This document shows positions 1 to 12,000 of a DNA stretch of 64,000 nucleotides, piece by piece. Under the pieces are notes generated by a model. It was not told where the DNA came from, did no database searches, and saw only the letters and a program-made list of their open reading frames with translations. Origin of the DNA: Amoebophrya sp. A120. Lineage: Eukaryota; Protista; Dinoflagellata. The position numbers and the translations under genes were made by a program. How positions within the stretch are numbered: the stretch's first letter is position 1; the number at the start of each line of letters is the position of its first letter. The stretch is taken from the NCBI GenBank assembly GCA_905178155.1, contig CAJINV010000004.1, forward strand, positions 404,969 through 468,968, in the 5' to 3' direction.

Positions 1-74
1 GAACTCATGGGTCATGGAAAACCCGCATCACAGATCTTGCATTCTTCCAGACCCAGACATTTTTACATTTGATA
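1..74. mobile_element. Introner family A, right end only (partial)
   Basis: Right TIR ttccagacccagacatttttacatttgata. Confidence 0.85.
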
Positions 75-75
75 G

Positions 76-3000
76 GGAACGTGGGAGTGCCAAACACGGT
101 GAAAACCAGCATTCTCACGTCCGTCGTTTACACCATGAACACGAACGAAAATGCGGATTTGTTCTTGGCCGCCTGGCCGAACAACACGGACATCAAGGCG
201 AGCGACCCCTTTCTCGCGCCGGCGCTGCAGGCCGAGCGCGCAGCCTACTTGTCGACGCTGGGCGACGCCTTGCTGAATGCGCTGATCGACAACGACCTGG
301 CCCCAGACTCCGCCACCGACGACGTGACGGGCGGCCCGGGCTACGGCTACCTGGTGAACAGCATCGTCGGGATGGAGCAGCTCACGGGGCTGCGGGCGCA
401 GACGCCCGGGGACTTCGAAAAAATACTGAAATTCTCCCTCTACCTAGCATACGGCACCGACCCGAAGACGCACTTGCTCGCGAACGCCAAGTTCAAGCAG
501 GTGTGTACGGAAACCGTGCAGGAATTCATGGAGAAGATTCTCCAGGACAGCACCGCGAACCAGGGCGCGGTACCCTGAGAAAAAACGTCCCCACACTATA
601 ACGTCAAGATGGGGATCTCGCAACACAAATCGAGAAGTTTTGGGAGTCAAGCATGACAAGTTCCTCTCTGTATTGTAGTGCAGTTTAGCAAGTACAGCCG
701 CAACACAAATCCATCTAGTCATCCTGTTTACGGCATCACAAAGCCCAGAACACGATTGAAAAATGCCTTTCATGGGGATGCGCATTACAAATCTTCCTGT
801 AACTGCGAATCTGCATGACAAGTGTGGAGTGAGGACGTTTTTACTCAGCATACGCGAAACTGGAAATGCGGGATTTGGACTTGACGATCAACGGAACTTC
901 CCAGACGACCATGACCCCCGCAGTCGGCAGTGCGACTTCCAAGCCCGCCTTGCAGGTTACGGTTCAGGCGATCGTGAAATTCGTAGTCGTGCCCTACAAT
1001 AACCTCCCCCCGCTGATGGACGTCTGGCCGAACAACAAGGGCCTGACGGTGATATCAAATGCAAAAATGTCTGGGTCTGGAAGATCTTTAGATTTGTCAT
1101 GCATATTTTCCATGACCCATGATGTCTGTGATGCATACTGTAGCATCACAGGTTTTTAGAGCGCTTTGTGATACCTCTACCGCATGACAAATGCCCTCTC
1201 CGCGTAGCACAAACTGGAGCCCTCTCGCTGGTCGTGCAATACAATTTTTTTCAAAATCCAGAGACAGCATTACAAGTTTAGAATGTTCCAGGCCCAGACA
1301 TTTTTGCATTTGATAGGTGAAGCAGCAGGCTTATTTGAAGCAGCTCTTTTCCGCGAAATTTACCCTGCTGATGGGCCCGTTGGACGAAACCGCGGCGGGC
1401 ACGGCGGTCCCCGTGGCCGGGGTCACGGGGGTTTCCGGGTTGGCCGACAGCTTCGTTCCGGCCATCGGGGGTGCGAACCCCCCGCCGGGCGCGAACAAAA
1501 CGGGCAGTGTTCTGGGCAACATTGTGGCCGTCGACCAGGCGGCGAATGTACCGAAGGAAACGACCACGACGACCACAACCACGACGGTGGAAGTACAATA
1601 TCCCGAGTAAAAGCGTCCCCATAGTACCAGAGTCAAGATGGGAAATGTGCTAGACAAATCGGCAAACTTTGGCTGTTTCGCATGACAAGTTCGCCCTCGT
1701 AGTGTATTGATCCTGTTTAGCTAGTTCAGCAGCATCTGCATCGCAGATCTATCCTATCATGCCATTTCTAGCATCACAAATCTCAGAACACGACTAGAAA
1801 AAGCTTCTCATGGGGCTTCGCATGAGAATTTTTTTTGGCATGCAGATCTGCATCACAACTCTGGGGTGGGGACGATTTTACATAGGATATACAAAGGACG
1901 AACATCACCCGCGTGTTCAACGTGGACTTACTAATCCCGCGCGACGTGACCAACGTGCCAAAGTTCGAGTCCGATCCGGACCTGCGGATGGCGATCCACA
2001 AGACCTACCAGGGGTATTTGAGCCTGATCGGCATCAAATTCGCGCGGTTAATCTTCTACCCGAACGTGATGGATCTGGTTGCCATTGCCAACACAGATTT
2101 CGTGAACCCGGTGGACGGAACCACGGTGAGCAAACTGACCCTGACCTGCCGCCCACTCGTGTCCGTGCCCAACGACGAAGTTGCGGACTTCTACCAAAAG
2201 TACTCGGTCGATCTGCTCGATCCGGCGCAAGAGGCGGCGATTCGAGATTTGCTGAAGGCGATATCCAAGAAAAAAACATTGTAGGTGTAACTTTTTTGGA
2301 GGAACAGCATTACAAATTTGTCTGGCATGACAGCAAAAACCTGGTGTCATGCGCAGATGGTACGTGAAAACGCCCTTTAACGGAACCTACAAAGCACGCC
2401 AAGCATGACACACGCTATCGTATTGCATGTTGTGCATCACAAATTTACACTAACAACGTTTTTTTCTTGGATAGGCGAACATCCAGCTGTACAACCCGGC
2501 GGATGTCATCGATGTGGCGGACGTCCAGTCGCAGCTGTCGCCGACCACGACGTATCAACTGCAAATATGTCTGGGTCTGGAACTCTGGAAGTTGTCATGC
2601 TAAATCTGAATCATGCAAAAATCTGTGTTGCATGATTACCAAATGGTGTCCATTTTTGATCAAGTTGAGAGGCAGTTTCTCATGCAGGATAGGCATGAGA
2701 AGGATCTCGCGGAATCTGTCGTGGTAGGTCCTCCATTGCAGATCATGTGGGTCATGGAAAACCTGCATGACAAGTCTAGCAATCTTTCAGACCCACCAGA
2801 AATTTTTGCAGTTGATACGACGACGACCACGACGACCCTCCCGCCCGTGCAGGTGGAGAAGGTGTTCAGTTTGGAGATTCTGGTCATATCAAATGCAAAA
2901 GTGTCTGGGTCTGTAAGAGTGCAAACTTGTGATGCTGCATTTGGATTCCAAAAAAATCTGTATTGCATAAGCAGCAAAGGGAATGCACTTTTGGCTACGC

Positions 3001-6000
3001 CGCGAGGGCATTTGTCATGCGGAATAGGCATCGCAAAGCCCTCAAAAAGTCTGTGATGCTACTAGGGCATGCATCACAGACATCATGGCCCATACAAAAC
3101 GTGCATGACAAGTCTCAGAAATTTCCAGACCCAGACACTTTTACATTTGATAGGTCAACCCGCAAGTCGATGTGACGGAAGAGGCGCTCTTCGGCTCGGC
3201 CGGGGCGTCGACGTACCTGGGAGAAAAGCTGCGCCAAGCGGTCAACCAGACGTTCCAAAACTACACGGCGACGGAAATTTTGATGAATCTGGCCGACGTG
3301 GCGATTCCGGAAATCAGCTTTTCCGTCATGGACACCAGGACCACGGTTTTGTCGGGAAGCAACGTCACGGCAACGGTCGTCGTGAAGCAGGTGCAGTTGG
3401 AAGCGTATCCTGCGCAAAAGTATCGTACTTTCGTAGTAATTGCAGTCATGCATGACAAGTTGTCCTTTTAAGGTAATCCAGCATCACAAATTCCACTTTT
3501 CAAATTGAAAAAGTTTGTGATGCAATTTACACAAGTTGGATACTTTTGCAATGCATAAAGCGCGTGTAGAGCTCGTTTTCCTGAAGGGTGCCCCCCAGGC
3601 AAGCGAGTTTGACAAAGTCTGGCCCGCGGCCACCGAGCTGCCGCCGGACCAAAATGGGTTGGTGGAAGAGATTTTCGGGAACGAGCTGCAGAACGTCGGG
3701 CTGGTGAGCCCGAGTGTGATTCACAGTGTGGCGACCGGCGAGACCAATCCGGCGGCGGCCAACGTGACCATGCAGCAGCAGCTGCAGAACTCGCCGGTGT
3801 TTCAACTGATCACGCTTGAGGGTAACGCGGAGTCCGAAACTACGACCACCACAACCACCACCCCGGTCTATGAGCGGGAGTTCAATTTAGAAGTGAAGGT
3901 CTCCCCGGACGCGGACCTCGACCTTGTCGCGGAACAGATGCTGGCCGCCGCGAACGACACCGCACAGGCGTTCCTCGAGCAGGTGTTCGGGCCCCAGGCG
4001 GTGACCAGTGGGTTAATTGATCAACTGGTGACCACTTTGGTCGTCGCCACGAACTTGCCGGTCGTCGACCCCGTCACAAACGCGACGGTGAGCGAATTGA
4101 TTCTGAAGGCAATTATGTCCTTCTCCATCGCCAACGAAACGACCACCACGAACGCAAACGGCGTCCTGACCACGGAGCCGGTGAACTTGACGTCCCTTAT
4201 GGTGTTCTCAGCTGTTACATTCTCAGCTGTTACATGATTTGTCATGCAAAAATACCATCATCATCCAGGCGATTAAGCTGCTTCGCATGACAAATCTGCC
4301 TAGGGCTAAACAGCGCCTAAATCTGTGCGGTATTTGTAATGCTACAGGCGCAACGGCAACCTCCCTGCTTTGACTTTTGCCGTTCTTGCATCACAAATTC
4401 ATGTAGCAGTTGTTGAGAGTGTAGCAGTTGAGAGCGCCATATCCCTCCTCGACACATTCGAGGCCGCTTGGTCGGAGGAGAAGGATTTGAAACCCGCGCA
4501 GAACGTATCAAATGTAAAAATGTCTGGGTCTGGAAGAATGCAACTTGTGATGCTGCGTTTCGATGACTAAAAAATTTGTGTTGCATGAGCAGCAAACAGA
4601 GTCTAATTTTTGCTACGCGGAGAGGGCATTTGTCATGCGGAATGGGCATCAAGAATCCCTCAAAAAACCTGTGATGCTAGGGCATGCATTACAGGCATCA
4701 TGGGTCATGAGAAATATGCATGACAAGTCTTGCATTCTTCCAGACCCAGACACTTTTACATTTGATAGAACGCGTTCCTGCTGGACCACCTGAAAGATTT
4801 GGTGGACAAGAACTACTTCCTACAGCAGAACGGGTTTCAAGACCTCGGTGCGGTGACTGGGACTGTGATGTCGACGACCACGACCACCACGACGACCTTG
4901 CAGCCCCCGGAGCCCACGCTAATCCGCGTGTTCGACATCGGCATGTTCTTGGACGACAATGTCGTCGGCGGCAATTTGACCGCCTTTCTACAGAAGCCCA
5001 ACTCGACGCTCAAGCTGGCGATGGCCCAGTCGCTGAAAGCGTTCCTCGAGGCGCTGGGGGTTGCGGGCATTGAGGACGAGTCGGAGCCGGGGGAAATGCC
5101 GGATTTCTTGCGCGATTTGGTGATCGAAGTCGATCCGTCGACAACTTTGAACCAAGGAACAGGTGTGTACGATGCGAAGTTAAGGATTGTTGCCTACATG
5201 GACATCTCGCCGCCGTCGGCGAGCAACCAGGTGGACGCAGTCTACCCCGAGGATCCGACTACGTTGGATGTGGCCCAGGCCGCGACGATCCAGGCTATCT
5301 TTCCGCAGACGTTGGTGTCCTCTTTGTCGCAAAACAACTTACTCAACAACGTGGTTGTACCGAACCCGGCCAGTCCCACGACCAGCGTCGGTGTGGGGAC
5401 CATGGCCCTGGCGCAGGTCGACCCTGCTTACGTTACCACCACTACGACCACCAGTCCGCCGCCGAGCTTGTATGGAAGTGTCAGGATTGAAATCGACAAA
5501 GTTGAAATGGTTTGTCATGCATAAAATGGATGCCTGTTGAAACCCAGCTTCCAAGTGGCGCATGACAAATTTGGGTAGAGCCGGAACTCAGTTTGTCGTG
5601 CTGTTTGGGTAAGGAACACGCGCTTTGTCATGCTACTTTAGTAGCTCAGTTTCTACCCCTCAACAGGCTTACAATCTGCCTCACTTGCCCACTCTGCAAG
5701 GCAGGCACTTTGTCGGCTGCATTTTATGCATGGCAAATCATTTCAACTTTGTCGATTTCGATCCTGACACATCCATAGCTTGATCCGCGGCTTCAACACG
5801 GAGCTGGCGATCGCTGATGGCATTGATCAAGATTTCATTCTATCAAATGTAAAAATGTCTGGGTCTGGAAGATTCTAAACTTGTAATGCTGTCTCTGGAT
5901 TCTAAAAAAATTTGTATTGCATGACCAGCAAAAGGAATCCAGTTTGTGCTACGTGGAGAGGGCATTTCTCATGCGTTAAAGGCATCGCAAAGTCCTCTAA

Positions 6001-9000
6001 AAATCTGTGATGCTAGGGCATGCATCACAGACGTTATGGATCATTCAAAATATGCATGACAAACCTGGCAATGTTCCCGACCCAGACATTTTTGCAGTTG
6101 ATACATTCTCGCAAACCCGCTACTGCAGAACGCAGTGAATCGAACGATTTTGGAGTACATCAACACCATTCTGCAGGCGAGCGGCGACAGCGTGATCAAC
6201 AGCCTGTCCGCGTCGCAGTACGTCGTGACCGATATCGAGTTGGAGATTCTGGCAAACAACGCTATCCAGGAAAAAACACCCATCTTCCCCATCCAATTTG
6301 TCGTGCAAAACATGCATAGTGATAGTGTCCAGTGTTTGTCATGCAAAAAACGGCTAAAGATGGTTGTTTTTCCTCTGGATAAACGCGGGGACCACCACAT
6401 TGCTCCCCGACGGCACGATCTCCAACACGGCGATCAACGTGCAGGAGCTGATCATCCAGATCAAGTGCCTGATCACGGCTCTGAAACAGCCGGCCGGCGC
6501 TCCGTTGTCGCAGACGGACATGTTAGATCTGCTGTCCATTGTCTACCCCGCGAGCCAGTTGAGCCCGGACCAGAACGACGATTTAGAATCCTTGTTCGAA
6601 GACGACCTGTATGCATTGCAAAAGTATCGTATTCGTATAAATGCAATACAAGTTTCTGCAGCATGAGAAATAAAATTTGTAATGCAGATTTAGCTTAAGA
6701 AAGGGATTTGTAATGCATGATTGCAATACGAATACGATACTTTTGCACAGGATAACCTGGTGGTGATCAACAAGATGCTATTGCAAGGAAAAATCCCCCC
6801 TCCCGCTCCCCATATCGAAAACAAAATTTGCGATGCTGTATCTGAGTACACAAATCGATTTGTATTGCTAGAAGGCCAAGACCCGCAGTTGTTGCCTCGT
6901 TTGCAGGCAGTTTGTTATGCTGTTTCCCACTTCGATCTGCCTCCTGTTATGCTGAAGATGCAAGGCTTTCCCACGCCACCCAGCACTACGACTACACTCC
7001 GCATCTTTCGCCTTCTAGCATGACAAATCTGATTTGTGGCCACAATTCTGCATCACAGATTGCCGTTTTGATATGGGGAGGGGGGATTTTTCTTCTTGAT
7101 AGATGCCCAACGTTTTAGGGGTAAACAGCATTCAATCCGTGGCTGCCAGCACGTTGCAGCCGACCACGTTGACGACGACTACAACGGTAACCGAGACGAA
7201 ACCCATCGCGGTTGGAGTTCCGGAAAGAGCGTTCGACATTTTCTTTGTGGTAAACCCGATGGCGGACGTAGATACGTTGTTAAACAGTTTGGATTTCCAA
7301 GACGCGTTGAATAACACGGTGATTCAATTTGGCAATTACTTGACCCAAGCGGGCGTGTTTTTGAAAGAAGCCAGTCGGCAGTTGGAAAGCGGGGACATGC
7401 TCCGCTCGTTTCTCCTTGGGGATGACCCGCAGTCGGAAAATAAAGCCGCGCAAGATGAAAATTCTGGCTGGACAACTTCTAGAGATTCTTCATCCACCTC
7501 TCCGGATCAAGTTCAAGAGATGGACACCACGACCGGCAATAATTATGACGATTTCCTGGCCGAAGAGTACGCGGAACACGACCACCGGACGTTGCTGTTC
7601 TTGCAAACTTCGGCGGCCACCGCTGCTGCTTCAAGTTCTACTTCTTCCCAGATGAACCAGCGCGCGATGCAACTTATGTCCGAGGGCGCGTCCGCTATCA
7701 AATGTAAAAATGTCTGGGTCTGGAACAAGAATGCGAATTTGTCATGCATATTTTGCATGCCCCAAGAGGTCTGCAATGCAGGACTTAGCATGACAGGTTC
7801 TGTGAACTCTCTATCATGTCTATCCCGCATGACAAACTGCCGCTACACTTGTTCAAACGTGGACGCCTTGTGGTAATCATGCAACACAAATTTCTGTACT
7901 ATCCAGACTTAGCATGACAAGTTCCAACCTACCAGACCCAGACATTTTTACAATCCATATCCGCCCGCGCGATGCTGTTCTCCCTGTACCGCCGAAGCCA
8001 CCGCTTCGTCCGCGACAAAAGTATAACCATCGGATATCGCACGAAAAAAGTGTTTCACTGTAAGGATTTTGCAAGTTTTGCATCACAAGTTTGTTCTACA
8101 TCACAAAGAAATTTTGCCATGCGACATTCCTAAGGGAAAACACAGCTAAAAGTCTACTGTCATTGATGTGTAGCAAGACAAATACTTGTCAGATACATTT
8201 TCTACTGCATATACAAGTTTACAGTGAAACAGTTTTTTCTTGCGATATCGGAGCGTACGAGATCGATATCCAGAAATGGAGTGTGCAGGAGGACGTCACG
8301 CAGGCAGACACCGGCGAGCAGGCGACTGAAGTTGCTGCGAATATCACGACGAAATTAACGGATAAAACCGCGAAGGACTGGCCCGAGGGGGAGTTGAATC
8401 GCACTTTGAACGCAGCGCTGCTGCAATATTTAAATGACAACTTGCTGAATGTGACGGTGGAGTTGAATCCCGTAAACTACGCGACTGTTTACGGGATAAA
8501 CATCACGGAGGATGAAAATGGAACAGCGACAAATTTGCCAAACATCACGACGATCAACGGTACCACCTACATCATGTTCGCAAACGGCACAAACATCACC
8601 ACGAACGAAACGACAGCCACGGTCGTATTCTGAGTAAAAACGTTCACACCCCAGACCCAGAGTTGTCATGCAATTCTGCATGCCAAAAAAGTTTCTCATG
8701 CGGAGCGGCCCTATGAGAAGCATTTTCTATTCGTGTTTTGGGATTTGTGATGCTAGGATCAGCATGCTATGCTAGATCTGTGATGCTTCTGAGCTAGCTA
8801 AACAGGATCACATTACGAGGACAAACTTGTCATGCCAAACAACCAAAGCGGTGTGATTTGTCTAGCAGATTTCCCATCTTGAATCTGGTGTGGGGACGTT
8901 TTTACTCAGGATAGGTCGCCGCGGTCTCCGCCGTTGGCTCCGTGTCCGGTACGCAGGTTGTCACGACCACCACAACTACGACCACGACTTTGGAACTCGG

Positions 9001-12000
9001 GTCCATTTATGCAATTCAAATTTTCTGTACATGTACAAAATGCATTACAAATTTCGCCAACTAAAAAGGAAGCAACTTGTCATGCTGGAGAGGTTTGAAG
9101 GAAAAGTTTGTCATGCGGAAGCCACATTGGAATTAGTATGAACGTCGTGTACGGAAAATTTACTATGGATACCATTGTCCGAAGGTTTACACTCCAGTCC
9201 GTCTTCGAGGATGGGGTGGAACCGGATAATTTTGTGGAAAATCTGGATTTCCAAAACGTTTTGAAAACCGCGCTGCTGACTTTCATGGAGGACACTCTCG
9301 GGCTAGACTTCCTCACCGAGGGAGACATTCCGGACTTCAAAATCTCCATCCTGACCACCACGGACGTCGCGTCTGGTGGGAAACAGGTGAAAATCATGGT
9401 CGACTTCACTGTCACGACGGTTTTGCAAAACCTCCCGACCTTGGACGCCGGGTTCCCGCCCACGCAGCTGGGTGCGCTGGAAAATCAGAATTTATTTGAT
9501 GAGTTCGAGAAGGCACTAAATCAGGATATCTCCGTGCAGCAGTCTGTCGCCAAATTTGAGGAGAGCGGAACCGGATTGCAGGACGCGCCGCCGACGACCA
9601 CGAGCAGCACCACCAGCACGACCACGGTTCCCTACATGCCCAGAGCGTTCCTCGTGAACATCACGTGCGATTTGGATAACCTCGACACGCCTTTGCCCGG
9701 CGGCTTAAACTCCGCCCAGGCCCTGGCGAAGTACGGACCCTTTCAGGATGCCATGCGCGCGGCGTCGTTCCAGTTTTTGACCCGGAATGGAAATCCCTGG
9801 AACTACGGACTGGACATCATCCAGAATTTACAAGTTCTGGCGACGCATATCCTACGTAAAAACTTCCCCACACCATAGTCAAGATGGGAAATCCACAACA
9901 CAAATCTCCAAGTTTTGGCAGTTCTGCATGACAAGTTTCCATCTGCAGTCTAGTGCTGGTTAGCAAAGAAAGCCGCATGAGAAAGCCATTTACTCATGCT
10001 GTTTATAGCATTACAAATTCCAAACCACGACTGAAAATGCCTTTCAAGGAGATGCGCATTACAAATGTTCCTGTCATTGCGCATTTGCTTGACTAGTCTG
10101 GCTCTGGGGTGGGCACGTTTTTACACAGGATAACGCAGGTCACGCCGAGCGGGAGCAACGTAGTGACCTTGATGGAAACGGGACGGAAGATGGAATTTGT
10201 TGCCAAGGAGCACAGGCAAACCCAAACGCACCATGCCACCAGGAAGCAACATCGTGGTCTTCACGCCAAACAGAAGAAGGTTCGGGGTGGGAATAAAAAC
10301 TTGCACCGTAAGGGCCCGAACGGGGAAGATGTTGACACAAGCTTGGTTTCGTCTGCCTTCCGGAAGCTGTATGACATGATCATGATGAGTGGCAAGGACG
10401 AGCAGGCTAACGAGGACAAAGCAACTACTGCTACTGCTGCTGATGAAGCAGACAACGAGGCCGATGAAGATCTTGATGACGAGAATGAGGACGTCAAATT
10501 TGCCAAGGTTTCCTTCCTCGAGGACCAGAAAAACGCGTCTGCAGCGAACGCGACCACTCCAAGCGGGCCACAGGAATACGAGTTCGCGGTGAGCCTGGTA
10601 CTGGATGTGGACGACAACGCGGACGTGGCCTCGGTCCGCGTGGCCTGGCCGGCGGGTGATTTGAGCTACGCGCAGACCTTGAATTTGAAAACGCTCCTGT
10701 ACAACACCATGCAGCAGGACGCCGCGTTCACTGTCACCGACCCGGTAACCGAGACCACTACCTCCGCCTTGACGGTGGAAGCGACGACGTCCAGCATTCC
10801 CCCGGCCACAACCACGACGACTACCACGACCACGACACTGCCGCCGCTGCCGAGCATCGACCGGGAGACGGAGCTCAGTGTGTTCGTCGCACTGGGGACG
10901 GATCTGGACGCCTTGCTGTCCAAGGACAACGAGTTGTTCAATGTCGCCGTGAAAAAGGCGCTGGTGAACTGGCTCCGGGCCAAGGGTATCATCGGGTTGG
11001 CGACTACGGACATTCCGGAGTTGGTGCTTCACAAATCCTCGGAAAAGGACGACGCTACCTACAACGGAGAGACCGTGATCGAGCTGCTCATCCACATCAT
11101 GCTCACCGTGGAAACCACCTCCGGAAAGCTCGCGGCTATCGCGAATGTGTGGAACACTGGGAACTTCACCACCACCGAAATCGACGCGTTGACGCAGTCC
11201 ATGGAAAACTCCCTGACCGCCGCCGCGGTAGCGGGTATCAAGGGCACCCAGGGCTGCGTCCCGATTCCCGCCCCCACGACGACAACGACCACGACGACGA
11301 GCACTACCACGACGACCACAACCAGCACGTCGACGACCACCACGACCACCGTCTTGCCCTCTTTCGTCCGTGCGTTCGTTCTGGACTTGGACATCCCGGC
11401 CGGGACGAATGTGACCGATCTCGCGGAGAGTCCGGCGCTGCAAGCGGCGATCAAATCCGCGGTGTTCAATTGGCTCGTGTCCGGCGGAATCGCCCTAACC
11501 ATTAACAACATTGCGGAGATTTTGATCTCCTATCAAGACGACAGCGGAACGTTGCTGCAGCTCGGCGCCCACGGGTCGACGTCAATAAAGACCGTGAACA
11601 CGCTGGACAGCAAGTTGATGGCGAAAGAGTCCGGCGGGACTTCGTTACGCGGTATGCTAAGTCTCGGCGACGCGATTCACTACGGAAAGTTGGGGTACAA
11701 GGAAGCGATGGCCTTCGCGGAGAAAGAGAAGCAGAAGAAAGAACTAGTGGAGGCCAAATTTGCGGAGTACCGGCGGCATTTGGCAGTATGCAATACAAAT
11801 ATGTCTGGGTCTGGAAGGATGCAAACTTGTGATGTGCATTTTACAACACATGAAAAATCTCTCATGCATAGGCAGCAGAAGTTTCCCATTGTTTCTCACA
11901 AAAATGGGGGACTTGTCATCCGGATTCGGCATCGCGGAACATTCTTGAAACCTGTGATGCTAGAGCTTCCATGCCAGACCTTCTGTGTCATGCACAAACA

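Noticed and set aside
571-852. Paramecium-type TA-bounded IES or Tc1/mariner TA target duplication
   Set aside because: Leaving one TA behind does not restore the frame. Both TAs belong to the element and the duplication is the external 5-mer. The standard genetic code and GC-rich exons also argue against those ciliates. DNA elimination in general is not excluded.
1053-1315. Recurring peptides SNAKMSGSGR / FQTQTFLHLI / LPDPDIF in dozens of short ORFs, resembling a protein family
   Set aside because: These are translations of the family A TIR in different frames and strands; the elements contain stops and have no consistent coding frame.
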